A DNA stretch of 64,000 nt from Waterburya sp. (GTDB lineage: Bacteria; Cyanobacteriota; Cyanobacteriia; Cyanobacteriales; Xenococcaceae): the NCBI GenBank assembly GCA_965217895.1, contig CBDCJV010000002.1, positions 4,672,001 through 4,736,000 on the forward strand. The letters run 5' to 3'. Positions 31,817 to 42,156 of this stretch are shown here, in pieces. Positions within the stretch are counted from its first letter, which is position 1. Every line of letters begins with the position of its first letter. A program made the translations under genes and the position numbers. The notes below the pieces were generated by a model. The model saw only the letters and a program-made list of their open reading frames with translations, made no database searches and was not told the origin of the DNA.

Positions 31817-32828
31817 AATTGAACCTCGTTATTGGTGTTCCTCCATAAGTTAACAAGAATGTCAATACTCTTCAACAAATATTAATGATCCCCAAAAATT
31901 GTTACAAACGGAAACAAAAAACTCAGATTTAGTTTATTTGCCTCACCCACAATCGTAAATATTTACAATGTTCACCCTGTTAAGCGCAAAATACTTTTTA
32001 GTTTTTTTGCGGGGTATTAAACAGACAATCAATTATGAGTAAATAAAATTTTGCTCTGGCAATTATGAAAAATATAGCCTCTGACAAATCAGCATCAGCA
32101 AAAATAAAACCCTTACCTAATAATCTATTTATTCACAGATTGACGGGTGGAAACGCTCCCTAAACTGGAGCTTGTTCCACGCCCGTGTTGATTAGTGCGT
32201 AACATTAAGTTGAATAATTATATGGAATCCAAGAAAGAATGATACAAATAAACATTCACCCAGTCATCCAGTCACGCAAATAATCATGATTTAGCAAACA
32301 TTTAGGTATTTCATATTAGCTTGGGACAATTTAAAACCTGTAATAACACCGAGATATTAGAAAGCAAATTGTTACACGATGGTAGTAAGTAAAAATATTT
32401 GGTGTTTGGAGGCTATAAAAATTGTGTCTACTAATTTGGTTGGAATTATTAATCGCTTGCTTACAAGTGTAATGCTGGTTGTTTTGCTAATTTCCTGTCA
32501 AGATATGCCTAAAAACAGTGGTCATCTCGGCATTATTCAGTTGGAACGTCCAGTAAATTAACCATAAAAACTAGTCAGGAAAATTTTTAATTTTATTTTG
32601 TTAAGTTACTTTGGCTTGTTCTAGCTCAACTAGTGTCGCTTCATCAAACTATAAAAAACTTGATTAATTATGAAAAAATTAAAAGTTCAAAATAGAAGCT
32701 AAAATCCACGAAACTAATTCGCTTCAGACAAAAGTTATTAAATGCAGATAAAGGGTATACCGTTATAAGGTGCAAGAGACTATACAATTAATCGCTAGCA
32801 GTATAAGTTAGGCGAAAGACAGAGTATT

Positions 32829-35800
32829 ATGCCCCGTCGTAGCGATATCCATAAAATTTTACTTCTTGGTTCAGGTCCCATTGTTATCGGACAAGCCTGT
32901 GAATTTGACTATTCTGGAACCCAAGCTTGTAAAGCCTTGAGAGAAGAAGGCTATGAAGTAGTTTTGGTCAACTCCAATCCTGCTTCGATTATGACCGATC
33001 CAGAAATGGCAAACCGTACCTACATTGAACCATTGACTCCTGATATGGTTGAAAAGGTAATTGCCAAAGAAAAACCAGACGCTTTATTACCGACAATGGG
33101 AGGGCAAACAGCTTTAAACGTAGCAGTATCTTTGGCAAAGAGTGGAGTATTAGATAAATACAATGTCGAACTAATTGGGGCAAAACTACCTGCCATTGAA
33201 AAAGCCGAAGATCGCTTGCTGTTTAAAGAGGCGATGGCAAAGATTGGTGTGCCAATGTGTCCTTCAGGCATTGCCAATAATTTAGCAGAAGCCAAAGCGA
33301 TCGCCATAGAAATAGGCAGCTATCCTTTGATTATTCGTCCTGCCTTTACTTTGGGCGGAACAGGAGGCGGTATAGCCTACAACCAGGAGGAGTACGAGCA
33401 AATTTCCGCTTCAGGTCTTGATGCTTCGCCAATGAGTCAAATTCTAGTAGACAAGTCTCTTCTTGGTTGGAAGGAGTATGAACTAGAAGTGATGCGGGAT
33501 TTGGCAGATAACGTGGTAATTATCTGTTCGATTGAAAATATCGATCCGATGGGGGTACATACAGGAGACTCGATTACCGTTGCCCCTGCCCAAACCTTGA
33601 CTGACAAAGAATATCAGCGTTTGCGGGATTACTCTCTGGCAATTATTCGCGAAATTGGCGTAGAAACAGGAGGCTCTAATATTCAGTTTGCGATCAATCC
33701 CCTTAATGGAGAAGTGATTGTAATTGAAATGAATCCTCGCGTATCTCGTTCTTCGGCATTAGCCTCTAAGGCAACGGGTTTTCCGATCGCCAAATTTGCT
33801 GCCAAGCTAGCGGTAGGCTATACCCTAGACGAAATTTCTAACGATATTACTCAAAAAACTCCTGCATCATTTGAACCGACTATCGATTATGTAGTTACCA
33901 AAATTCCTCGCTTTGCCTTTGAAAAATTTCCTGGTACAGAACCAATTTTAACCACGCAAATGAAGTCTGTAGGGGAAGCGATGGCAATTGGCAGAACCTT
34001 TAATGAATCCTTTCAAAAAGCCCTGAGATCATTAGAAACTGGTCGCTATGGTTTTGGTTGCGATCGCCAAGAAACTCTTCCTTCTATTCCTCAAGTACGC
34101 TCAAGTCTACGTACTCCCAATCCAGAGAGAATTTTTAGCATTTATCATGGCTTCAAGCTGGGGATGACGACCGAAGAAATCCATCAGCTTACTGCTATTG
34201 ATATGTGGTTCTTGGATAAGATGCAGGAACTAATGCTAAGCGAAAAGTTTCTTAAAGGGACTTCCCTCAAAAAAATAGACTCAGAACAGATGCGCTTTGT
34301 TAAGCAGCAGGGATATAGCGATCGCCAAATTGCCTTTGCAACCAAAACTACTGAAGACGAAGTGCGAGAATATAGGAAAAAACTAGGTATTATTCCCGTG
34401 TATAAGCTAGTGGATACCTGTGCAGCAGAATTTGAGGCTTATACACCCTATTACTACTCTACTTACGAAGCGGGAGAGTCAGAAGTTACTCCTTCAGATA
34501 AATCTAAGGTAATGATCCTCGGAGGTGGCCCTAACCGCATTGGACAGGGAATTGAATTTGACTACTGCTGTTGCCATGCAGCCTATTCCCTCTCAGAAGC
34601 AGGATACGAAACCATTATGGTCAACTCCAACCCTGAGACAGTTTCTACCGACTACGATACCAGCGATCGCCTGTATTTTGAACCTTTAACCAAAGAAGAC
34701 GTACTTAATATTATCGAAGCCGAAAATCCCACGGGAATCATCGTGCAGTTCGGTGGACAGACTCCCCTTAAGTTGGCTATTCCCTTACAAAATTATTTAG
34801 AAGACGCAGCCAATCAGGCTTCCAACACTAAGATTTGGGGTACATCTCCTGATTCTATTGATGCAGCTGAAGATCGCGAACGATTTGAGCAAATATTGCG
34901 AGAACTAGATATTAAGCAGCCTCCTAATGGAATTGCTCGCAGTTACGAAGAATCCCTAAGAATTGCTAATCGGATTTCCTATCCTGTGGTGGTACGTCCT
35001 TCCTATGTCTTGGGCGGTAGGGCAATGGAAATTGTCTATTCCGATGCCGATCTCAAGCACTATATGACCTATGCGGTACAGGTAGAACCCGATCATCCAA
35101 TTTTGATTGATAAATTTTTAGAAAATGCGATCGAAGTTGATGTAGATGCTTTGTGCGACCATGGTGGCAAAGTAGTAATCGGCGGCATTATGGAACACAT
35201 TGAACAGGCTGGCATCCACTCAGGAGACTCAGCCTGTTCTATTCCCTATAACTCTTTACCTGAGTCGGCTGTAGCTACAATTCGCGACTGGACGACAAAA
35301 CTAGCCAACGCCTTAAAAGTAGTTGGGTTAATGAACATTCAGTATGCGGTCCAGGGAGAACAGGTATTTATTATTGAAGCCAATCCCCGCGCCTCCCGTA
35401 CTGTCCCCTTTGTATCTAAAGCCACGGGTGTTCCCTTGGCTAAAATTGCATCCCTAGTTATGTCTGGCAAAAGTTTAGAGTCTTTAGGTGTCACCAAAGA
35501 GACTATCCTTAAGCATATTGCGGTAAAAGAAGCTGTTTTGCCCTTTAATAAATTCTCTAATACGGATACTCTCTTAGGACCTGAAATGCGTTCAACGGGA
35601 GAAGTCATGGGCATCGATAAAGATTTTGGTAAAGCCTTTGCCAAAGCTGAAATTGGTGCAGGGGTTGATTTAGCCCTAACTGGTACGGTATTTGTTTCGA
35701 TGAATGAAAGAGACAAAAAAGCGATCATTCCTGTAGTCAAAGACTTGATCGATTTAGGCTTTAAGATACTTGCCACTGCGGGAACACAAAAATCACTGCA

Positions 35801-36077
35801 AGCCAATGGCATTGAGAATGTAGAACTAGTTTTAAAACTCCATGAAGGTCGCCCTCATGTCGTAGATTCGATTAAAAATAATCAAATTCAATTGATTATC
35901 AATACTCCCACAGGAGAAGAATCTCAAACAGATGCTCAATTAATTAGAAGGATGGCACTAGATTACAAACTACCAATTATTACAACCATTGCAGGGGCAA
36001 AAGCTACCGTAGCTGCTATTCATTCCCTAAAGTCTGAACCACTAGAGGTTAAAGCACTACAAGAATATCTGCAATAG
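32829..36077 (+). CDS. carB: Carbamoyl-phosphate synthase large subunit
   Basis: [17 protein letters not shown], duplicated ATP-grasp domains, MGS domain. Confidence 0.98.
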   Translation: MPRRSDIHKILLLGSGPIVIGQACEFDYSGTQACKALREEGYEVVLVNSNPASIMTDPEMANRTYIEPLTPDMVEKVIAKEKPDALLPTMGGQTALNVAVSLAKSGVLDKYNVELIGAKLPAIEKAEDRLLFKEAMAKIGVPMCPSGIANNLAEAKAIAIEIGSYPLIIRPAFTLGGTGGGIAYNQEEYEQISASGLDASPMSQILVDKSLLGWKEYELEVMRDLADNVVIICSIENIDPMGVHTGDSITVAPAQTLTDKEYQRLRDYSLAIIREIGVETGGSNIQFAINPLNGEVIVIEMNPRVSRSSALASKATGFPIAKFAAKLAVGYTLDEISNDITQKTPASFEPTIDYVVTKIPRFAFEKFPGTEPILTTQMKSVGEAMAIGRTFNESFQKALRSLETGRYGFGCDRQETLPSIPQVRSSLRTPNPERIFSIYHGFKLGMTTEEIHQLTAIDMWFLDKMQELMLSEKFLKGTSLKKIDSEQMRFVKQQGYSDRQIAFATKTTEDEVREYRKKLGIIPVYKLVDTCAAEFEAYTPYYYSTYEAGESEVTPSDKSKVMILGGGPNRIGQGIEFDYCCCHAAYSLSEAGYETIMVNSNPETVSTDYDTSDRLYFEPLTKEDVLNIIEAENPTGIIVQFGGQTPLKLAIPLQNYLEDAANQASNTKIWGTSPDSIDAAEDRERFEQILRELDIKQPPNGIARSYEESLRIANRISYPVVVRPSYVLGGRAMEIVYSDADLKHYMTYAVQVEPDHPILIDKFLENAIEVDVDALCDHGGKVVIGGIMEHIEQAGIHSGDSACSIPYNSLPESAVATIRDWTTKLANALKVVGLMNIQYAVQGEQVFIIEANPRASRTVPFVSKATGVPLAKIASLVMSGKSLESLGVTKETILKHIAVKEAVLPFNKFSNTDTLLGPEMRSTGEVMGIDKDFGKAFAKAEIGAGVDLALTGTVFVSMNERDKKAIIPVVKDLIDLGFKILATAGTQKSLQANGIENVELVLKLHEGRPHVVDSIKNNQIQLIINTPTGEESQTDAQLIRRMALDYKLPIITTIAGAKATVAAIHSLKSEPLEVKALQEYLQ

Positions 36078-36087
36078 CTGTTTTATT

Positions 36088-36205
36088 TAAGTAGCTAGGA
36101 CAAATTAATTAGAAGATAGTCTCAGCAATGAGTAATAATATAAAAAAAATAGATCGTAATATCTTGCTTACACTTGTTTTACATTTAATTCCACCCACCT
36201 ACTTA
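36088..36205. mobile_element. MITE-like element with imperfect terminal inverted repeats
   Basis: TAAGTAGCTAGGACAAATTAA ... TTAATTCCACCCACCTACTTA; a related end occurs at 25764-25791. Confidence 0.55.
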
Positions 36206-36250
36206 TACCAAGTTGTGTTCAACTATGTAACTTTACTATCTGCGCTTTCT

Positions 36251-36325
36251 TTTGCGTCTTTGCTAGGTCAGCATTCCCTTGCGCCTAACGGCGACGCGGG
36301 GTCTGACCTCTTTGCGCGAGATAAT
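36251..36325. repeat. Small dispersed repeat carrying an inserted hairpin element
   Basis: Flanks match the uninterrupted copy at 9950-9980; the insert is bounded by AGGTCAG/CTGACCT. Confidence 0.65.
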
Positions 36326-36332
36326 ATTGTTT

Positions 36333-38696
36333 CTATGAGCGCAACTTAGTATTATTTCGTAAGTAACGGGCTAATGCAGGTAAAACAGGACAGGGTTTCT
36401 TTGGCTGTAGATTTGGTTTATCTACGCTAAAAACACTCCAGCGAAATGGACCTAAGTCGGCTGCGGACATCCATAAAAGGCGTTTTGCTCTGGTTATTGC
36501 CACATATAACAGTCGATATTCTTCTGCTTGTTTAAGCTTGACAGCTTCTTGCCAAGCTGACATCGGTTGGGGTATAGTTTGGGGCTTATCTGGGGCTATA
36601 TATTGATGATGTACCAAAGAGCGAATTTGCGCGCGAGCAACTTCAGAAAGGGTAAAGCTGCCTAAAAATTTACCTGCGTTGGGTATCCAAGGTTGTCCAG
36701 GTATAGTATCTTGGTGAAGAAAAGGGATAAATACATAGTCCCAATCTAGCCCTTTTGCCTTGTGCATGGTGATGATGGTAATTTGTCCTGGACGGGTATA
36801 GCGATCGCCATCGTCTTCTTCTACTGCCTCAAAATTTTCGGAATTGACAATCTCTTCTAAAGCTTCAATAGCTGCTTTGAGGGAACTACGTCCCGTAATT
36901 TGCTGACTAACCTTTTCTGAAAGCTTTTGCACCGTGGCTAATTCTGAACCAGTGTAGGTAAGCGTCATGCCCAAAAAGGGAATCAATTGGTAGTGGGGCA
37001 ATTCCATGCGGGCGCGCAGCAGGTTACAACAGTAGCGACGGGCTGTGATTACCTGGGGTTTTTGTTCTGGATGCAAAAGGGTAGGATAAAGAAACTGTTC
37101 GGGAGAGGTGGCAAGGGCATTAAGATCTTGAGTCGGAATAAGACTCCTTTGCTCAAGTACTTCTAAAGCAGCTTTAAGATTGTCTGGAGAATGAGGGCGA
37201 TCGATAAACTTAAGTAGTTTGAGAATTTCCCCTGGTATTTGCGAATATCTTTCACTTTCTCCTACTTCATAGATATTTATCTGGTGTTTTCTTTGTAGAT
37301 AAGCCAATTCCTCTGCCAAGAAACGCGCCTGTCGATTTTCGCGCACCAAAATTGCAGCACTGCGATCGGGATGATCCTTAAATAAAGCGATCGCCTGTTT
37401 GCCAATCAATTCTGCCGTCTGATAAACATCGTCAGGGTGAGTAATAACTACGCCACTGCCTTCTGGCTGAGGATTGGCATCTGGTTGCGGATCGTTAGGC
37501 TCAACTTCAACGATATTTTGAGGGCGAAAAGGTAATAATGGCTGATTCTCTTCTGGCTTATTATCCAACCACAGTTGATTTACCCAATGCACCACAAAAT
37601 TTGCGCTATCAATAATTATCTTGCTGCTGCGCCCCGCCTGATTCATAGTTGTCAGGCTGTTTTGCTGCTTACAGGTTTCGCAAAACCAGTTGAAGTAAAT
37701 TGGATCGGCAGGAGTAAAGGTGGAGTTGATGGCTTGATTGGGATCTCCAACCCGCACCAAATTAGGGGAGGAATTAGGTTCACCAGCATTATCAGCCAAG
37801 ATGGAAATTAGCTTTGACTGGAGGGGACTAGAATCTTGCGCCTCATCTTCAAATACGCCATAAACCTGATTTTGCCAAAGTAGCTGCATAGGCGGATATT
37901 CCAGCACCTTTAACGCTGCCAAGATTAGATCGTCATAGTCAATTAGATCTTGCGATCGCATTAGCTGCTGATATTCTTTGTATAGTCCTGCTGCAATAGT
38001 TAAAATACCATACTCGTCAGTAGCTTCCTGACTCAATTCTAATAACTGTTCTGGCAACAAACCCGAACTCTTTGCCTCCCTTACAACCGTATGAGTCAAA
38101 CTAGGCAATACCTCTGTTCGCAATACCGACTGACGACGCAATCTTTCCGTTTCTTCCCCATCAAACTGCACCCCTTCCAACAGCCTTTGATATTCAACGG
38201 GATGATTGGCGATCCATCTTTCTACCGCCCCGCGAATAATTCGATGTCCCGTATTTGGCACAACAATAGTTACGTTATCTAGATTTAGTCCCGATAGTTC
38301 TTTTCTAGAGTTAGCAATATTGAGAGCTAAACCGTGGAGAGTATGCACCGCAAAGCCTCCAGGAGGAAGCTTTAAATCTTTCAGGCGATCGCGAATCTTG
38401 CTTTTAATATTGGCTGCTGCCGAGCGAGTGTAGGTAACAACTATTAGCTGTCTTCTGCTGTGGAGCTGGTTTTGGGCTATAGCTACTGCTGCCGCCACAG
38501 ACAAACTATGAGACTTACCCGCCCCTGGTACAGCCGAAACTGCCATTTCTCCTCCTTGCCAGCTTGCTAAACCCTGTTGTCCAGTTCGCAAACTACTCCG
38601 CAATAGCTGAAGTTGCTGTTCTAACCATGGCGATCGCGCTGCTGCTTGATTAGGAATTGAGGAGTTATCAACGCTTTGCTGCTGGGAAGATAGCAT
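36333..38696 (-). CDS. UvrD/REP-family ATP-dependent helicase
   Basis: AVPGAGKS, DEAQD, VGDPNQAI, TMHKAKGLDW and RLLYVAITRAK motifs. Confidence 0.93.
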   Translation of the reverse strand: MLSSQQQSVDNSSIPNQAAARSPWLEQQLQLLRSSLRTGQQGLASWQGGEMAVSAVPGAGKSHSLSVAAAVAIAQNQLHSRRQLIVVTYTRSAAANIKSKIRDRLKDLKLPPGGFAVHTLHGLALNIANSRKELSGLNLDNVTIVVPNTGHRIIRGAVERWIANHPVEYQRLLEGVQFDGEETERLRRQSVLRTEVLPSLTHTVVREAKSSGLLPEQLLELSQEATDEYGILTIAAGLYKEYQQLMRSQDLIDYDDLILAALKVLEYPPMQLLWQNQVYGVFEDEAQDSSPLQSKLISILADNAGEPNSSPNLVRVGDPNQAINSTFTPADPIYFNWFCETCKQQNSLTTMNQAGRSSKIIIDSANFVVHWVNQLWLDNKPEENQPLLPFRPQNIVEVEPNDPQPDANPQPEGSGVVITHPDDVYQTAELIGKQAIALFKDHPDRSAAILVRENRQARFLAEELAYLQRKHQINIYEVGESERYSQIPGEILKLLKFIDRPHSPDNLKAALEVLEQRSLIPTQDLNALATSPEQFLYPTLLHPEQKPQVITARRYCCNLLRARMELPHYQLIPFLGMTLTYTGSELATVQKLSEKVSQQITGRSSLKAAIEALEEIVNSENFEAVEEDDGDRYTRPGQITIITMHKAKGLDWDYVFIPFLHQDTIPGQPWIPNAGKFLGSFTLSEVARAQIRSLVHHQYIAPDKPQTIPQPMSAWQEAVKLKQAEEYRLLYVAITRAKRLLWMSAADLGPFRWSVFSVDKPNLQPKKPCPVLPALARYLRNNTKLRS

Positions 38697-38776
38697 TTAT
38701 TATCTCAGGAAAAGTGTAGGTTAATTTTAGCAATATTAGTATTTAAATACTGATATTGCTTTTCACGATCGCAGTT

Positions 38777-38828
38777 AATATTTAGTTACAAGTCTATTGT
38801 ATTGTTTCAATTTTGTAGATGCGATCGC
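38777..38828. repeat. 52-bp direct repeat ending in HIP1, left copy
   Basis: Matches 40982-41033 with two mismatches. Confidence 0.9.
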
Positions 38829-38878
38829 CTGAACAGAAAGCAATTAAACTATTATTTAGAGCTTTAACAAGATTTGCT

Positions 38879-39220
38879 ATGTTTTCCACAATTAAGCTAG
38901 AAGATTATTTCGAGTTTTATACTGCTAATGATATTCGTATTAAAGGACATCGTATTGGTATCCAAGATGTGCTTAATTACTATTTAGAGGGTTATACCCC
39001 AGAAGAAATTAATCTCGATTTACCTACTTTAAATCTAGAAAAAATCCACGCTACAATAACTTTCTATTTGCACAACAAATTGCAGATTGATAAATATCTT
39101 GAACGTTTAGAAAAAGATAGACGAGAAAGCTATCAAAGATTTATCACTAATCCACCTGCTGTAGCTAAGAAGGTGCAAGCTGAAAAAGCTAGGCGTAATG
39201 CCAGAAAAAGCGCACAATAA
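38879..39220 (+). CDS. DUF433-family antitoxin
   Basis: IRIKGHRIGIQDVL...GYTPEEI...LPTL...IHATITFY; the ATG at 38879 is the preferred start. Confidence 0.88.
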   Translation: MFSTIKLEDYFEFYTANDIRIKGHRIGIQDVLNYYLEGYTPEEINLDLPTLNLEKIHATITFYLHNKLQIDKYLERLEKDRRESYQRFITNPPAVAKKVQAEKARRNARKSAQ

Positions 39221-39579
39221 TGAAACCATGCTTTCTGCTGGATGAAAATCTGTCGCCCCGCCTCAAGCTAGCAATATTACGTCTCAACTCTAAAATAGAC
39301 ATTTTGCGTGTAGGAGATTCAGGCGCACCAGATTCGGGTACTTTAGATCCAGATATATTAATTTATTTACAGCAGTCGCAACGTATACTGTTGACGGATA
39401 ATCGTAAAAGTATGCCAGAGCATTTGAACGATCATTGGGCTAAGAATCAATACATCTGGGGCTTGTTTTAGCTTAAGCCCAAAGCAACAGTTAGAGAATT
39501 AGCAGAAGAAGTAGTATTAATTTGGGAAACAACAGAAGCAGAAGAATGGAAAGATCGGCTTGTCTGGATTCCACTATAA
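39220..39579 (+). pseudogene. DUF5615/PIN-like toxin with internal nonsense codon
   Basis: FLLDENL and LLTDNR PIN motifs. The TAG at 39469-39471 is followed in frame by LKPKATVRELAEEVVLIWETTEAEEWKDRLVWIPL*. Confidence 0.85.
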
Positions 39580-39581
39580 AA

Positions 39582-39610
39582 GCGATGCCTTCGGCTAGCT
39601 TCGCAACCGC
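39582..39610. mobile_element. SDR5-like 21-nt element inserted in a HIP1 site
   Basis: GCG + ATGCCTTCGGCTAGCTTCGCA (21 nt, two mini-hairpins) + ACCGC. Confidence 0.7.
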
Positions 39611-39812
39611 TTTTCTTTTCGGCATTGCGATCGCAACACCACCAATCAACATCGCCATAACACAAAACAATATTTCACAAAATTGTCTAAAAGGCGATCG
39701 CTCTCTTTAATATAATAGCTTTGAAAAAGTGCGATCGCATCACCAATAGATTGCACTTGAGAACAACTAAAAAGATTAAACTAGAACGTGTCGGCTACAG
39801 TGAAACGATTAT

Positions 39813-40019
39813 ATGAATACTCAGCTTGTCGAATCTATATATCAGGTTATTCAATCTCTTTCAGACGAAGAGCGATCGCTTTTAGAAGAAAAACTGTATA
39901 CAGATCTGCCTTATCCTTCTCAACAGGAAATGATTGCTTTGGCTGAAGCGAGTAATGTCTTTAATTTTCTTCGCGATGAACCAGACCTTTATAGTTTAGA
40001 GGATGGAGAACCTGTTTAA
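39813..40019 (+). CDS. Putative antitoxin
   Basis: Small acidic protein ending FNFLRDEPDLYSLEDGEPV; overlaps the toxin start. Confidence 0.75.
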   Translation: MNTQLVESIYQVIQSLSDEERSLLEEKLYTDLPYPSQQEMIALAEASNVFNFLRDEPDLYSLEDGEPV

Positions 40020-40366
40020 TGGTTCTGAGCAAAAGCGACATTGTATTAGTTCAATTTCCATTCAGCGATCTCAGTCAAACAAAACTGCGTCCAGCTTTAA
40101 TATTGGCAGTCAGTTCGAGCATTGATGAAATTACGTTATGTTTTATTTCTTCTCAAAAAGTTCAAAGATTAAGTCCTGACGAATTTGCAATTTTTAAATC
40201 TGATGATGAATTTTTACAAACAGGATTAAAAACAAATTCAAAAGTTAGAGTTACTAGAATTATTACTCTCGAACGTAAGTTGATAATTAGAAAAATTGGT
40301 AAGTTAGGCGAAAAGCAGATCGACAATCTAAATCAGACTTTAATAGAAGCGTTTAATTTAAATTAA
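40019..40366 (+). CDS. PemK/MazF-family toxin
   Basis: DIVLVQFPFSDLSQTKLRPALIL and GLKTNSKVR motifs. Confidence 0.9.
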   Translation: MVLSKSDIVLVQFPFSDLSQTKLRPALILAVSSSIDEITLCFISSQKVQRLSPDEFAIFKSDDEFLQTGLKTNSKVRVTRIITLERKLIIRKIGKLGEKQIDNLNQTLIEAFNLN

Positions 40367-40425
40367 AACGATCGCTTTCCTTTAGCCTCTTTGAAAAAAG
40401 GCGATCGCAATAATGTTTATAAATC

Positions 40426-40560
40426 GGCGTTGCACAACTAGAATATGATTTAGGCGATGATTACTTTTTCCTGAATTTTAAAAAGCTTAAAGCCTATAGC
40501 TTAGAGCTTATAGCTACGAACCGTAACACTGGATATGTCATCCTTTAAATTAGCAACGCC
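40426..40560. mobile_element. 135-bp MITE with 8-bp target-site duplication
   Basis: TIRs GGCGTTGC/GCAACGCC; TATAAATC at 40418-40425 and 40561-40568. Confidence 0.85.
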
Positions 40561-40754
40561 TATAAATCAATTGCGTCAGATACTTGTTTGGCTATTTTAG
40601 GATGCAGTATTTTTCCAGAGTAAAAAGGAATCACAACTCTAATCTCATCTTTACGATATATTCATTGACTCCCCTTACTGCGAATCAATGAAAAACCTGC
40701 ATCAAGTAACAGCTTTTCAGCTTCTTTGGCTGTCAACCTCGGTAATTTAGGCAA
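40560..40754 (-). pseudogene. hicA: HicA toxin pseudogene
   Basis: TTG start; MPKLPRLTAKEAEKLLLDAGFSLIRSKGSQ*IYRKDEIRVVIPFYSGKILHPKIAKQVSDAIDL. The catalytic GSH motif is GSQ followed by TGA. Confidence 0.85.
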
Positions 40755-40971
40755 CTGATACCTCTAAAGTCATTGTTGTCACCTTTTTCAGAAGAAGTTC
40801 TCGTTTTTCACTTGCCGATAAAGTTTCTAGATACAGTTCGACTGCTTCTTGAATATTATTTTGTACTTCCTCCAGGGTGTCTCCCTGACTCTGACATCCT
40901 TTTAATTCTGGACAATAGGCATAAAAACCGTCTTCGTCTTCTTCGATGATGATATTTAGTTTGTAGGACAC
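40747..40971 (-). CDS. hicB: HicB-family antitoxin
   Basis: YAYCPELKGCQSQGDTLEEVQNNIQEAVELYLE. Confidence 0.9.
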   Translation of the reverse strand: MSYKLNIIIEEDEDGFYAYCPELKGCQSQGDTLEEVQNNIQEAVELYLETLSASEKRELLLKKVTTMTLEVSVA

Positions 40972-40981
40972 GATCTCTTTA

Positions 40982-41033
40982 AATATTTAGTTACAAATTT
41001 ATTGTATTGTTTCAATTTTGTAGATGCGATCGC
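40982..41033. repeat. 52-bp direct repeat ending in HIP1, right copy
   Basis: Matches 38777-38828. Confidence 0.9.
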
Positions 41034-41063
41034 TTTTATTCACAAATCTTCTAATTTATTAAA

Positions 41064-42156
41064 TTATTTAATATAAAAAGATTTCCAATTACCGTGTTGA
41101 ATTTGATCGTATCCTCTGCTTTTGATGAATTCATCAAATTTATTATTACCAACTGAAGGAAATTCTAACTGAATTTGTTCTCTAATATTTTCTAATAAAT
41201 CGTTTCCTAGTAAGAGATGATGTTTTCCTGTTAAAGCTCTATTATACCAATCTGATAATTCTTCGATGGTAATTATACTTTGAATCCGCGATCGCCATCC
41301 TATCTGAGTTAATAAGGAACTGATAATCTTTGCTTCAGCATTTTTACAAATAATTACAATTTTGTTAGCTGTAATTGTTGTGGCTATTCCTTCTGCCATT
41401 TCTTCAGATAAATTTAGATGTTTGACTTGTACTACAGCACCAAAGTTAGCGACAATATCTAATCCGCGATCGGCAGCATTAGTAACTCCTACCCGATGAA
41501 AATGCGCGTTGAAACTTAATTTTTTGCTTTTATCATTAAGTCCGATTACTTTTTTAGCAAACTCAGAAAATTCAACAAGAATTTGATTTGGATCGTCAGC
41601 GATTATTTCAACTTTGATTCCTGCATTAGCGACAATAGTTTCAAATAGTGCATATACGACAATCTCTAATATTTTATCAATCGATCTTTTTAATCCTGGT
41701 TCATTCCAAACAAAATAAACCAATAAATTCACCTAATTTAAAAGAATTGGGTTGAGAATCAAGGCAATAAATTAAAGCATTATCTAATTGAGAATACTTA
41801 TCCGAAAATGATTTGTAAATATGAGCTTCAACAATACCGTTTTCTTGCTTGTTAAAATTACCTAATATTGCTAGTAATGGTGGAGGCATAGCATTGACTT
41901 CAAACAAATTGTCTTGAAATCTCGCACTCGAAGTACAAATTCTTCCGAGAAATTTCTGAGTGATTTTATCTCTCCATTTTTTGGAGATATTTCTATAATC
42001 CTCTAATTGTTCTAAATCAATTTTTTCTTGAATTCTATGCTTACATAAAATTTCCGCAATTTGAATCGGTTTGTAAAAATGTACTCTAGATTTTGTGATT
42101 ATTAAATTAAGAGCATTTTGCGCATGGTTTATATTGTTGGAGAAACCGGTTTCCAT
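41064..42156 (-). pseudogene. HaeII-like type II restriction endonuclease, frameshifted
   Basis: RVHFYKPIQIAEIL, SKKWRD, GVTNAADRGLD and VQVKH motifs. Split into two ORFs by a 4-bp duplication (CAAACAAA, 41707-41714); removing it restores GLFWNEPGLKRSIDK. Confidence 0.82.

Noticed and set aside
32379..32561. 60-aa ORF upstream of carB
   Set aside because: No clear RBS or recognisable motif; cannot be supported.
36128..36349. 73-aa ORF after carB
   Set aside because: It spans MITE/SDR repeat sequence and is probably spurious.
39468..39710. Two short ORFs after the PIN gene
   Set aside because: The region is explained by the PIN pseudogene tail plus HIP1/SDR repeats.
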